Assembly: GCA_013239625.1 (NCBI GenBank)
Contig: MU055008.1
Coordinates: 5,517,401 to 5,581,400, forward strand
Origin: Lama guanicoe
Lineage: Eukaryota
Direction of reading: 5' to 3'
Length of the DNA stretch: 64,000 nt
The translations under genes were made by a program, and so were the position numbers. Shown here piece by piece: positions 37,889 to 51,109 of the stretch. Numbering within the stretch: position 1 is the first letter of the stretch; the number at the start of each line of letters is the position of its first letter. A model generated the notes under the pieces. The model was given only the letters and a program-made list of their open reading frames with translations. It made no database searches and was not told the origin of the DNA.

Positions 37889-38748
37889 CATGTGAACCTG
37901 CTTTTTTCAGGCATTTTGAAATAGATGGTTCTTGCTCAGTCAAATAACCAGATGGGCCCCTAGAGGTGATTTGGGCTGGTCTGCTGCTTTGGCAGGTGGC
38001 ATAACTGCAGCTCAGAGAGCCTAAATCACCTGTCCACGGTCACAGTGCTGAGACTAGAAACCCAAGCCCCCGAGGCTGGCACCCGGCACCCGTTCTGTCC
38101 TAGCAGAAGTCCCAAATTCCGGTAATTCCCTGTTTCCGTCACCTGTAGCTGGTCAGCTCAGTGGGCAAAACAAAAGAGACCAAGACCATGGCTGGAGCTG
38201 ATGCATATCAATTAGTTGTGTCTGATCTTCAGGACACGTAATGATCACCTAATTCCAGCTGCACCTGTCACAAATGTGCGTAATTCACGACCAGGACAAT
38301 CTGACGCTGAAGAAAGTAACGTGCACTTGATCCCCCAAATCCAGAGTTCACTTTTCTTGAAAGGTTGTGGATCATTAGCACCACCTGGACTTGCAAAAGG
38401 CAACAGAGTCTGTCAGTTTTACAACAAGAGTAGAAAAAGATGGCTATCTACACTAATCCTGAAACTCCCATTAAAAAAAAAACTTTCAAAAGTTTTATCC
38501 AAAGGCGATTACTAAAGAAACAAGTACGGAAAACACTACAAAAAAGAGGGAGCAGGAAGAAGGGGAGAAGGAAAATGAGGGAAGAGGGAGAAGGAGAAGA
38601 AAGAGAGAAAGTCTGCAAACGAGGAAGCAAGGAAGGAAGTGTCAGGTCTTATACCAGGAAAACCATTTCTTTCATAATTTTCTGGGGGAAAAAACAGCTT
38701 TGTTACTTAATTCCTCAAAAAAAAGAAAAATGAGCGATGGAAACTTAC

Positions 38749-38890
38749 CTGCGCAGTGCGGTGCATGAGCGGAATTGCTCTCTGTAAAGCCCGGCAGCCC
38801 CGCAGGGTCTCCCTGGTGCTGGCGGGCTCCCGGGATGGTGCCAAACCCTCGGGCTGCTGGGCAGCTTCAGCCTGCAGCCAGCTGAGCCCC
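38749..38890 (-). other. KCNE2: KCNE2 exon 1 (5' end approximate)
   Basis: Consensus donor CAG|gtaagt at 38749/38748, GC-rich exon, and an AT-rich TATA-like element at about 38930-38945. The sequence resembles the human KCNE2 5'UTR as I recall it, and the intron is about 5.6 kb. Confidence 0.8.
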
Positions 38891-39875
38891 CGCTCACCCC
38901 CGTCTGCAATCCTAGGCTTTTACCAACCCAAATATTTAATCTAATCTTAAGTGGAAAGTTAAATACTGACCGGCAGCTGGGAATTAACCTTGGTGCCAAG
39001 GGGGTGTGCCTGCGGGGAGTCCAGCATTGGGCAGGGGCCTTACAAGTTCCCTCTCCAGGCTTCGTGATGCCAGCTCCAGCCAGGGCAGTGCCGGGCACAG
39101 TTTGCCACCCTCCCAGGATGAGTCTCAGAGGGCAGCTTATTCCCTGCAGACCTTGTGGGGAAGGGAAGTGTCCCAAAGAGCTGAGATGATCGTAGCCATC
39201 TCTGAGTGGTCGGCGTGGGTTGAGGACAAAGCCCTATGACTGGAGACAAGTGCCCTTATTCGGAGCACCTCCTCATAAGCCAACATTTCATTTAAATACC
39301 CCTGTATGGGACAATCTCCAAATGACTTAGAACAATACTGTTGTCTTGTAGAACAGAGACTGGCCACAGAAAGGTGCTAAACAGAGGATTTGAAAGCGAG
39401 CCCACAAAGTCAGCCAAAACCTCAAAAAAGCGGAACAAACTCTTCTCACCAAAAGAGCCTTTTCTATCAGAATGAGAGTCCTAGGAACTGGGCGGAGTGG
39501 GGCTTCATAAGGGCTAACACTTTTTGGGTTCTCACCAGTGCCAGGTTCTTCTCAAATGCTTTCATTGCATCAGCATCATGTCACTGGTGCCACGACCCAG
39601 TGCAGAAGGAACTACCAACTTTACCGCTGAGCGGCCCCGGCACAGAGAGGTCAAGAGGACAGAGCGACACAGACGCAGAGCCAGGATTGGAGTCCCGTCC
39701 TGAGAGGCAGCTCCACCAGAAGCTGGACATCACTCTGACCAACGTACTCATGTGAAGGAACGTTAACTTTGTTTCACAATTGGATTTTCTCATTAAATGG
39801 TGCTCTGAACAAGGCAGTTTGAAGCAGACTGGGTGGCAGGGGGAAGATGGCTGGGATTTAAAACTCCTTACAAAG

Positions 39876-40526
39876 TGTTGACTGAAATAAAACCACACAA
39901 CGTGAGAGTTGTGGGTTGTTTTATTTGGGGCCAAATGAGGACTGTAGCCAGGGAGCCAGCATCTCAGATAGCTCTGAGGAACAGCTCTGAAGAGGCAGGG
40001 GGAAAGCTCAGTATTATATATGTTATCAGTGAAGGGGGGACGTGCAGCCAAGCACACGTTCAGGCAGAGGCTGCTGCTAGTCACGAGGAGCAGACGTCAC
40101 CGTTAATGATCCTAGTGCTTTTCTAGATATGAGGAGACACAAGAACTGGGGTCATAAAATCTTTTTCTGAAAATATCTATCCGAACTCCTGTTCAGCCAG
40201 TTCTCCCAGAGCACAGAGTGCCTCATTCCTGACCTTCATAAGACGTCACCGTTAATGATCCTAGTGCTTTTCTAGATACGAGGAGACACAGAAACTGGGG
40301 TCATCAAATCTCCTGAAAACATCTAACTATCTGATGGCCTGTTCACCCAGTTCTCCCAGAGCACAGAGCGCCTCGCTCCTGACCTCCATCCTGAACTCTT
40401 TCAGGGAGTGTTGAAGGTCAGCGGCTGCAGCGACACGTGAGCTAATCCAAGCAGAGTTAGATGGCCAGTGCCAACGCGATCCAATCCTTGCAGAGGCAGA
40501 TGGCGAGTGCCAGGTTTTAGCTAGCA
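39876..40526. mobile_element. ERV1 solo LTR (artiodactyl MER41-like) with an internal ~149-bp tandem duplication
   Basis: TG...CA termini and an exact 4-bp target-site duplication AAAG (39872-39875 and 40527-40530). Repeat units start at 40092 and 40241. Confidence 0.85.
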
Positions 40527-40730
40527 AAAGTATCATACTTAACACATTAGATGTGATCTGCAGAAACACGGGGATCTCTAAAACTCCGCACCAGCTTCTC
40601 ATGACACTGTTTGTCCTCACAAATTGCCTTCACTGAACGAGATAAGGCAAACCCAACTGGAAAGGAGCGGTTTGACAGTCCAGTTGGGCTGGAAGTGCAG
40701 GGCTCCCTGGGCAATTCCACTGGGGTGACT

Positions 40731-40744
40731 GCGCCACCTGCTGG
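40731..40744 (-). promoter_or_regulatory. CTCF-type motif about 1.9 kb upstream of KCNE2 exon 1
   Basis: Reverse strand CCAGCAGGTGGCGC; motif match only. Confidence 0.55.
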
Positions 40745-42134
40745 TAGACAGAAGGAACAGAGGCCAATCGGCTCTGTAAGCAGCCCTGGCCATGCAATCT
40801 CACGTGTTGAATTCTCCTAGTGCAAAGATTAAGAAGAACCAAAACAGTGTGCAAGTCTACACTTTGGGGATTAGGACAGGACCAGAAGGCAATAGATCCT
40901 GATGGCTAAGAGCTTGGCTCTGGAGGCTGACAAACCAGCAAATTACACAGGGTTCCTGATCGGTGGATTCCTCATCTGTAAGATGGAGAGCAAGAGAGAT
41001 CCTGCCTCATTGGGTTGTTGCAAAAATTAGATGAGATAATGGATGTAAAGCACTTGATATAGAACCTGGTATTTGGCAAGAGCGTAAATGCCCTACACGC
41101 ATTAGCTTTTGCCATTATTTTTAAGAGAAATAAACAAGAGGACAAGGCAGTGAGAAACAGACCTTGACCAGCCTCACCAAGGAAAAGAACATTCTAGCAC
41201 CTGGTGAAGAGTAGCTCCTTCATGGTTTATTTTTACATAGCTTTTCCCCATGCCTCGGTACACAGTTCACACGACTGGGATGAGACGGGGACCTGACAAA
41301 GTAGATGCAGAAGCAGAGGGCCAGTGTGACCCAGGTGTCCCTTAAAGCCTGGAGAAGACAGCGGAAGGGGGACAGAGCTGTCCCCTGTTTGCTCCCAATG
41401 GGCATCAGCGCCCTTGACCTCTGCAGAAAGCTCTCAGTAGATTCCCTCTGCCCCGTCCCCAACAGGAGAGTAAAATTCTATCTGCCCAGAAAGCAAGTTA
41501 TGTAAAAGCAAATGTCTTTTTTCAAAGTCCGGCCTCAGCCCATGTCCTTACAGAGCTCCTGTGCCTACGTATGACATGTTTTTGTAAATCTAGTGAGTAG
41601 AGTCTGCTTTTGGACTTAAAATTGAGTGTTATTCAGTCTGACAGCCAGCCCTAACAACACCCCCAAATTCCTTCAGAAGAGAGGAGCGCGGAGGACTTTG
41701 TTTAGAATCGAATCTGACTTTCATGTGACCTGTACCATTCGTAGGGCACCACATTAGGCTAACAACACTCCTTAAGTAAACAGGACTCTCATTAGGTAGT
41801 TGTCTTTGCAAATCCTCAAATCAGTTAGTGCCTCTGCCTCAGTCCTGCACTGACCCTATCCATTGCCCTCCGGTGACTGTAGACAACCCTGCATCCACAC
41901 CCTCTTCCCTCATCCACACCCTCCCAGTACAGCTACATCACAATTTAGGGTTAAATCCAACCTCAGAGTCTGCATTTCTGCGATGATAGAAACATTATTC
42001 TTTGATGACCCACATCATGAACTGTAATAACATCTCTCCTTTACACGTTTTTGTTTTTCTTGGAGTTAATAATTATTTCTTTTTAAAAATATTTTTACTG
42101 AGCTGTTCTCAAACCTCTTCCTACACCCCTCGAT

Positions 42135-42820
42135 GACTCAACATCATTAGTCGTTAGGGAAATGAGCTGCCACTACACACTTGCTCGAATGGCTAAATTT
42201 TAAAAAGACTGACAACACCAAGTGTTGGTGAGGATGTGGGGTAACCAGAACCTTCATCAGCACTGGTGGGAATTTAAAATGTAAAACAACCACTTGGAAA
42301 GAGTTTGGCAGTTTCTTAGTAAGTTACCATAATGGCCTCAACACTTCCACTTCTAGGTATTTACCCAAGATACATGAAACAAGTCTTGCAAAGACTTGCA
42401 CATGAATGTTCATAGCAGATCCCTCAAATATCTGCTGAGGGATATTTGGGAATAACCCAATGGGCAATGGAATATTGCCCAACAATAGAAAGGAACAAAC
42501 TCATGATACATGCAACAACATGAGTGAGTCACAAAAACAGTATCTGAGCAGAACATGTTTTACTAAATGAGTCTATTTCCAGAAACTCTAGGAAGGGCAA
42601 AAGTAATCCATAGTGATAAAAAGCAGACAGTTGTCTCCTGGGGCCAGGTGAGGGGAAGGTTGAATTCAAAGGGTTGTGGGTGACTTAATTGTTCTATATC
42701 TTGATTGTGGTGGTGGTTCCCTGGGTGTATACATTTGTCAAAACTCATTGAACTGTACACTTGAAACGGGTATGTGTAACCTGATGGAAACTATACCACA
42801 ATAAAATTGATATCTTAAAA
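42135..42820 (+). mobile_element. L1M (L1MC/ME-like) 3' fragment
   Basis: ORF2-end and 3'UTR motifs (gttggtgaggatgtggggtaac...catttgtcaaaactcattgaactgtacactt...aataaa). Confidence 0.8.
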
Positions 42821-43809
42821 ATCCGTATTTGTAGATTTATGTCTCCAGTCCAATTCGCTCCTCTAAACTTCAGTCTCAAATGTCCAGATGCTTACTTGAC
42901 ATTTCCACGTGTATGTCATTTGGACATCTCAATGTCAGGGGTCCAAGCAGAATGCTCACTTCTCCCACCAGATCTGCTCCTCCCCTGTGATCCATCACAG
43001 TCAAGTGGCCCCACCATCTTTCCAGCTCCTTAAGCCAAAAACTAGGACTGAGCTGTGATTCCTTTCTTTTCCTTACCTCCCACATCCAGTCCATTAGCAG
43101 ATACAGCTGATTGACTCCCACCAAGAAAGACCTCTCCAAGTCTTGAGTGTGGCTGTGTGAGTTTGCACACTGGGTGACATTGCACCCAGCAGAACTATAG
43201 CAACCCATCCCAACCTCTCTGGAAGCCATGCCTGGGCTTTTGTGTTGTAAACTAGTGTAATGGCCAGTTGCAGAGAAGAGTTACAATCCATGTTATGAGC
43301 CAACCAGATACCTGTTCTCAGAAACTTGCCCTTTTTTGTTGTACTTTTTTATGGTTGCCTTAAGCTGAGTTTTCCCTGTGTCTGCACAGGCAGATCCTTT
43401 GAACATGTCCCTTTGTCTGGCAAGCAATAGATCCAGCTTTGATTCTTACTGCTCAGGTGGTTCCTTGTTTTAATTTGACACTTCAAAACACATTTCAACT
43501 CAGTCTACTTCTTTCTGAAACATCTTCTTGTGGCTGGACTGGGTCACGGCTTGCCCTCTGCCTTCAGCTTTTCCCTCTTCGTCTTCATTCATTCACTTCG
43601 AAGAGCGACCAGAACGACGTTTTAGAAACATAAATCAGAACACGCTATTCCCTTGCTTAAAACTGCCCACTGGTTTCCCGTCACCTTCATGGTAAACTCC
43701 AGACTCCTTAGTGCAGCCCCCAGACCATAGAGGACCTGGCCTCTGGTCCCCATCCTGAGCTCATCCTTCCCTCACAGCCTGGTCCTGTTTCTCTGCTCCC
43801 TGTGTTTCT

Positions 43810-44296
43810 GTCTTAGCATCTGTACTCATCATTGCTCTAATATAGTATCACAAACTTAGTGCCTTAAAACAGCACAAATTTCCTGTCTTAAAGTTCTGGA
43901 GGTCGAAGTCCAAAGTGGGTCTTAACTGGGCTGAACTCAAGGTGTCAGCAGGGCTGATTCCTTCTGGAGACTCTGGGGGAAAACTTGTTTCCTTGTCTTT
44001 TCCAGCTTCCAGAGGCTGCCGGCTTTCCTTGGCTCAGGGTCCCTTCCTCGTAGGACTCCAACCTCTGCTTTCATCATCCCACTTTTTACCACTGACTCTC
44101 ACCTTCTTGCCTTTCTCTTAGAAGGACCTTGGTGACTGCACTTGGCCCGCTCAGATAATCCAGGATCATCTCATCTCAAGGTGACTCATTTAATCACAAC
44201 TGCAAAGTCCCCTTTACCCCGTAAGTTAACTTTACTCACAGGTTCCAAGGATTAGGACGTGGACACCTTTGAGGGGCCATTATCCAGCTTACCACA
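43810..44296 (-). mobile_element. MaLR solo LTR (MLT1C-like) within L2-like sequence
   Basis: caaacttagtgccttaaaacagcac...ttctggaggtcgaagtcc...gggccattatccagcttaccaca. Confidence 0.8.
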
Positions 44297-44493
44297 ACAT
44301 CTTTGTATCAGCTGTTTCCTCTGCCTGGAATGCTATTCCTGCAGATTTTAGCACAGCTAGCTTCTTCATCACTTTAAATGACACGTTCTCAGGCAGGTTT
44401 TTTTTCCTCTGTGTACCCAATCTGAAACACTGATGCCTACCTCAGACACCACTCATCAGTCACTCAGAGCATTTTCAGTTTTCTGAATTGTGC

Positions 44494-44610
44494 AGGGCTA
44501 TCACATACTGTTACATTGGCTGGGCAGTGCATAACCAGGGGACACCATTCACTTAGACTAGAGTGTGAATGGAGCTTGTGCACAGCCTGCACCACCGTGC
44601 ATGATAGCAT
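44494..44610. mobile_element. MER91-like hAT MITE
   Basis: cagggctatcac...accattcacttagactagagtgtgaatgg...tgcatgatagc, with an internal palindrome. Confidence 0.55.
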
Positions 44611-46304
44611 CTTTGAATTCTGAAGTTATCCTATTTTACTGCTTTCTTTTTTTCCCTGTCTCTAACTTGGTTCCTCAGCTCCATGACAGCAAGAATATTG
44701 TCTGTGTTACTCATTCTGAGTCTGGTTGAACAAAAGCTCCCAATGCTTTCCAAATTCATGGAAAAGGTGGCAATTCTAGATTTCAGTTCTGACGAAATCA
44801 AAATCACCTATTTACAAGGCACCAAGATTATTCTTTCAATCAAAAAGCTGCTTGGAAAAGAAACTCGGCATCATTTCAAAAACATTAATAGTACCTGGAG
44901 TTTGCAAATGGGGCTCATAAAATAAAAGGTTTTCTTTGATGGTCTTAATGTGAACATAATGGCTTTGTGAGAAGCTGGAGCTGGCTGTGCTGAGAAACAC
45001 TAGTAGCTTTGTGCAGCTGTACAAGGAGCTTCGGATTTCTCGATGCCCAGTTTCAGAATATTAGAAGAGATGACAGTGGTTCTGGAGTGGATGACACTAC
45101 TTGACTGAGGAACTGCGGGAATTTTCTTCTCTGAGCCACAAACAAGTGTGACCATTTCCCACAAATAGGGCTTTACCAGAAACACCCCAAATACGTGGTT
45201 GAGCCTTGAAAGAAGCAAGCTGGTAGGATGCTTTGAAAACGCTGCTTGAGTGATAGAGCAAACCAAGGTTTGTTGAAGTTTCTCCTCTCCGGGCGGAGCC
45301 CTTCACCCAAGGTGCTCAACCAGCTTTGCTTCTGGGGATGAGAATCTTGCCACCATGAGGCTGCGGGCATATTTTTGCAACGTAATGCCTCAGCTTCGTG
45401 GTGTTCCATTTTCCTTGACCTTACTCAACTCCAGTGAAGCCCAAGGGCACCAAGGCAGATGTAACTCATGGGCCTAATGGCAAGATATTGTATTCAGTTT
45501 CTGCGAGCAAAAATAAGAGCGACATGAGGCTCCCCCCTTGTCTCCGGGAGCGTTTCTTCCCCCTCACCTTAATCTGGAGTGAATGATACCTTCCTGTGAT
45601 ACCAGGGTTATTTCACAAAGGTGGTTTTCAAAGAGGAAGAGAATCAAAATGAAGAAAAAGGAGTCCTCAGCCTCTGGCCTCAGGTGTGTGGGCGCTGAAA
45701 CTGGATGGAAAGGTGAGAAGGGACAGCTAAGGGGACTTCAGTTCCCCCCTGAAGCAGTGGGAGGCCCGTGGACCCTTGCAGGGAAAAGCAGATCAAGCCA
45801 AACAGGGGAACAGGGAAGGGGGAGTCTCACCTTTCCAGTTGTGCCAGGAATCAGACCTGCCTTTTGGTCTCTGCTTAGACTCCAGCTTCCTGTTAACGTG
45901 TCCAGCGAAACTCTTTCCAGGTGTATCCTTGACAGCATCTCTCCTTGTTTCTGAGTCCTTCGTTTAGCAAGAGTGTTGAGTGGGTTTTCTTTGGAACTTG
46001 TGTGCCTGATTCAAAGACAGAAGGTTGCGATGGAGAGTGTCCAGGGCAGGAGGAATCCCTGGGCACTCCTCGGGAGGGCACCCACCAACCTCTCGCCTAC
46101 CCCACCACCGAGGACCTCAGTCCCTCTGCCCTCCTGATGCCCTCAGATTGGGTCTCAAGGGGAAATATCCACCAAAACCAAATACCTACTCCCTTAAGAA
46201 TTCTATTTCCTTGAAAATTTAGAACAAATCCTTGTCTTGTCTTAGAGAAAACTGTCTCCAGAAATCTCCTGGATTCCAATGCAGGGCAGCTTTAAGAATT
46301 TGCC

Positions 46305-46689
46305 TCACTTCACACTTGTCAGGATGGCTGTTATTTAAAAAACAACAACAAAAGCCAAAAAAATAAAAGACTACAAGTGCTGAGGAGGATGTTCAGAAAT
46401 TGGAACCCTTGCACACTGTCGATAGGGATGCAAAATGATGCTATCTCTGCGGATAACAGAATGGAGGTGCTTAAAAAATTAAAACGAGAACTACCATGTG
46501 ATCCAGACACCCCAGTCCCAGGTCTTTATCCCAAAGAACTGAAATCAGGATCTCAAAGAGATATCTCCACTCCCAAGTTCATTGCAGCACTATTCACGAC
46601 AGTCAAGATGTGGAAACAAACTGGGTGTCCCTCAACAGAAGAATGGATGAAGAAAATGTAGTGTACACATATAATGGAATATATATATA

Positions 46690-46720
<31 letters not shown>

Positions 46721-47092
46721 ATGGCCTTTAAGAAGATGGAAATTCTGTGATCTGAGACAGTACAGATGAAACTTGAGGATCTTATGCTAAGGGAAAGAAG
46801 ACAGTCACAGAAAGACAAATACAGCGTACTCCCACTTAAATGAGGTATCTAAAATAGTCAAATTCATAGACTCAGAGGGTAGGATGGGAGTTGCTGGGGG
46901 CTGGAGGGTGGTGGAAATGGGGAATTGCTAATCATCAGGCATAACCTTTCAGCCAAGCAAGGCCAACAAACTCTCGAGATCTGCCGTACAACCTTGAACC
47001 CTGAGTTAGCAATGATGTGTCACACATTATTTTCTTAAAGGGGTAGATCTCATGTTAGATGTTCTTACAACAGTAGAATAAAATCAAAAACA
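46305..47092 (+). mobile_element. L1MA/MB-like 3' fragment with an (AT)n(GT)n microsatellite
   Basis: ORF 46377-46661 resembles the L1 ORF2 C-terminus (LKRELPCDP...FIAALFT..KMWKQ..CPSTEEW). Confidence 0.85.
46681..46720. repeat. (AT)n/(GT)n microsatellite; other simple repeats at about 575-620 (GGT), 4730-4754 (AAAAC), 47733-47768 (GT) and 61788-61809 (CAC)
   Basis: Directly visible in the sequence. Confidence 0.95.
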
Positions 47093-47489
47093 AAAGAATT
47101 GGTTTCAGAGTAGCGACCTCAAGGAGACAGCTCAGCTTTATGAGTGTCCAGAAAAGGGATGGCCCCGCGGAACCTGTGGTCCACCTCTAGAGAATTCCTG
47201 ATGGCTGTGTTCAAACCTGACTAAGCAGAGTGTTCAGAATAGGTTCTCCTTGGCTAAAGCTAGAGAAAGAAAATTCAAATCAGAGGCTGCGGTGTTCAAA
47301 ACGACCACACTGTGTCCCCACAGCGCTGTCAAGTGTGCTGGTCCCCAAAGTAGCCCAGTCTGGACGTGTTTGGTTCTGCGGATAAGATAGAAACGACTTT
47401 GCCTTGCTCTGGGCGGGTGGGTTCTCCTGCCCGCTGGATCTAACTGCCAGTAGCCCTTAGCGTGGTTCTGGCTTATTTCTTTTTACATT

Positions 47490-49220
47490 TTTGTTAGAGA
47501 GTAATAGATGCCACCATTCCATGCATTTCTCTTTTTTATTATTATTTTTACTTTGGAATCATTATAGAACTTGCAGAAATGTTGAGTCCCATGTACCCTT
47601 TACCCAGCTTCCCCCAATGATGGCATCTTACATAACTATAGCAAAGTATCAAAACCAGGGCATCTGCATCCATAAGATGCTGTTAACTAGACCACAGACC
47701 TTATTCAGATTTTGCTTTTTCCTACATATTCATGTGTGTGTGTGTATGTGTGTGTGTGTGTGTGTGTGTAATTAATTAACATTTTCTCTGAAATATAGAT
47801 TCATGGAAGTACCACCACAATTAAGGTAAAGAACTGCCCCTTCCCGGTAAGGAACTCCTTTGTACCCCACTTTACACCCTCTTTCCCATCCCTTTCCCCT
47901 AGTTTCAATCTCCATAAACCTGTAATTTTTTAAATTCTTATTTTGAATTGAAGTGTAGTCGATTTACAATGTTAGTTTCAGGTATACAGCAAAGCGATTC
48001 AGTGATGCATGTGAGACAGGAAGGGGGCAGGGCACAGCCATTCAAGGAATGCTACGGCAATTAACATCAAAATGGTGAAAGATTCAACCCCTAGTAGGCC
48101 TTGAGGCTCAAGATGGTGGGAGATTTAACTTCTAGTAGACCTTGAGCTTCATTATGTGCCTACTGTAATATTAGCATGGTGAGTAACATGCCCACAGGCG
48201 CCATGGCAGTCCCAAGGCTCGCCACAAAAGGTCAAAGAGTGGGAAATGGCCAACTTCCTGGGAATCCCAGCCCCTTCCCCAGACTAGTTAGACTGGTCCT
48301 TCCACTTATTTGCATATGAAGCCACCAAGCCCATAAAGAAAATGGGCATCACTGCCCCTCAGGGCCTCTTTCTCTCTCTCTCCGTTTGGAGACAGCCCGC
48401 ACTCTGTCTGTGGAGTGTGTGCCTACTTTTACTCTAATCTGAGCACCCAACCCCCTCACTTATGGCCTTTCTCTTGCCTTTCAATGTATCTCTCTGAATA
48501 AATCTACCTTCACTCAACCGTGGCTCACTCTTGAATTATTTTCTGCGCAAAGCCAAGGACCCACACTTGGTGGGTCGTGTCCCAGGGGCTCAACCGAAGC
48601 CTGGGACACGGCCCTCCTCGCGCCCCACATCTGTTTTTCCTGCATCCCATATACATACATATATACCTTATTTTCAGATTCTTTTCCATTACAACTCATT
48701 ACAAGAAATTGAATACATTTCCCTGTGTTACACGGTAGGTCATTGTTGTTTATCTATTTTATATATGGTAATTATAAGCTTGTAACTTTGAGACTGTTCT
48801 ATAAACAGGATTACACAGTATACAACCTTTTGAGCCTGGTTTTTTTTTTCCATTCAGCATAATGCCCGTGAGATCCATCCAAGTTGTCATGTGTGTCCAC
48901 AGCCAGTTTCTTTTTACTTCCAAGGAGTGTCCCATTATACAGACGTTGACTCTTTCACCCACTGAAGGACACTTGAGTTGTTCTCATTTTTTTGCTATTA
49001 GGAGTGGAGTCACTATGAACACTCACATTCAGGTTTGGGTGTGAATGTAAGTTGTTCATTTCACTGGGATAAATGCTCAAGAGCACAAATGCTGGGTCAT
49101 ATGTCAGATGCATGTGTAGTTTTATAAGAAGTCGCTGATTTAGCTCACAGAGTTGCTGTGCCCATTTACATTCTGGCTGGCAGTGGGTACAAGTTCCAGG
49201 TGCTCCGTATCCTCACTTGC
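47490..49220 (-). mobile_element. Old L1M 3' region containing a younger L1 3' end (about 47929-48773)
   Basis: Typical antisense L1 3'UTR/ORF2-end sequence. The inner element is flanked by a degenerate repeat ataaacctgtaattt / ataagcttgtaacttt. Confidence 0.75.
48012..48647 (+). mobile_element. ERV solo LTR nested in an L1 3' end
   Basis: Starts tgagacagg and contains an internal AATAAA near 48498. It interrupts contiguous L1 3'UTR sequence, with a near 4-bp TSD catg/cata. Confidence 0.8.
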
Positions 49221-50800
49221 AAAGCTTTGTGCTTTGTATCCGTGTTTATCAGCCCCTAGGACTCTAGAACGTTAGGACCACATGAGGCCTTGAAGACTTT
49301 CTAGTCCAGCCCGTTGATTCAGGGAGGAACCAAGATGCTGCGAAGGAACTTGACCATCATTCCCCCTTCCTCCAGTTCCCCTCTTGTGACTACCAACATC
49401 CCTGTTCACCGTGCTGACAGTCTCAGGCAGAGCTGTCTCCTTTCTGACGTCCCTGGAAACTTGTCAAAGGTTGGGCAGGACCTAAGAGCTTTGTTCAAGC
49501 CTCAGGAAAAGTGTCAGCCATGAAATTCAACCTTGTGCTTTGCTGCCGTTGAAGAAACCAGGCTCCAGCTGCACTTGCAGATTCTCCCACGGCTCTCGCT
49601 GCAGCTCTACCTTAATTTCTCTCAGGAAATCGCTAACAGCACCAGAGTTCAAATACTGCCTGAAGTCGTAGCCCCCAGCCTGCCTTCCCAGCTTCACCCG
49701 GCCCCCTGCCCATCAGCAATGCCAACAGCCGGTGCCACTGGTTCAGCTTCTCCCACTTTTTGAGTACCTACTGTGTGCCAGGCAATGTGCAAGACACTTC
49801 ATGCAACGCGTACGCCTCTGGTCCTACCCTCAGCCTCCAAGCCCCAACTGACATCTGACAGATGAGAAAGAAAGTGGCCACTAGAAGTCATAATCTTGGA
49901 CTCAAAAGTCTTATAATAAAAGACCCAGGTCTAGGTCATTCTTTTGCAAAACTTCTCACAGTACAACGTTCATGAAATATTGTTTCTGGTGATCCAAGCG
50001 GTCTTTCCTGTCACTTTCTGAGCTTAAATAAGCAATGTGCCTGTTTTCCAGGGTGTTACATTTGGAGATTTAGGAAACCGACACCAGGTGGCGCCAAAGC
50101 TGAGCTTTTTATTGCACGGAGCAGCAAGACTTCACAGAAGCCCTTTGCTGATTCTCATGCCCGGCTTCTTCCCACTCAACTATAGCATTTCTAGCCCATG
50201 AAACTCTTTATTAAAAGAGCCAGACATCCTTGTTTTTTTCAAAATCAAATCACTAAATATTAACACCTACGCATCTTTCTAAAAGGGTTATACTTACGGC
50301 AAAAATAAAGAAATACAGTATCTAGGTAGAAGACGGAACATTTCCATTGAACATCAGTTGCTTTAAGTTGCTGCTTCTTTTAACTCCAGCGTTTCCTTAT
50401 ATGGATGCTCCTGAGATACAGACAACTCTTCCAGACCCTTTCAGCATTTTGAGTGATCCAACACCGTGGATTTCTCTGCAGTTTTCTGCGGAGACGAGGT
50501 TAAAAACTTCCTGCAGCTTTGTTTACTGTTGAGCTTGTTTGATAATATTTTAAGAACTGAATCCCTCTTGTTCTGCCTGTCAATGCTCAATTCCTCGTAT
50601 AACCTACTAATTTCCCTGTTACTGTCTACGTGGATAAATTATTTTCTGCTTCTTTTTTCTCTGATACTAAAACCTGGAAGGAGAGAGACAACAGTTTCAT
50701 ATAAGCCTCGTGGCCCAGTGACCTCTCGTTTTCCCACTTCAGGTATTTCCTCTACGCGAACTTTTCTCTTTCCTGGTTCTATTTTCTTTGACATTTTGAG

Positions 50801-50900
50801 TAGAGCGACCAACTTACGCTAGTTTGCCTGGGAATTCTTCTCCATCCTGTGTCCTGGGCACCTCCTGAGTTCCAGAGAAAATGGGACAGTTTGTGACTCC
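50801..50900. mobile_element. MER81-like hAT MITE
   Basis: tagagcgaccaac...gtttgcctggga...gggacagtttgtgactc, degenerate TIRs. Confidence 0.5.
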
Positions 50901-51109
50901 AACTTTAAGTTTGAGTAAAAGTTAACGTGCAATGAAATTCAGATTAGGGTTCAGTTCCAACCGCTGTAGCAGGCTTCATTCTCAGCCACAGACCTTTGAT
51001 TCTTCATCCATCCATCCATTCTGCAAACATCCATATGATAAAGGAAAACCCTACTCCCTTTGTCCTCACCTTTCACGGAAGTTTTTTCTTTGGTTTCTTT
51101 AGTTTTAAA

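Noticed and set aside
40092-40390. Direct repeats as a CRISPR-like or other prokaryotic array
   Set aside because: Only two contiguous units without spacers, inside an LTR in mammalian DNA.
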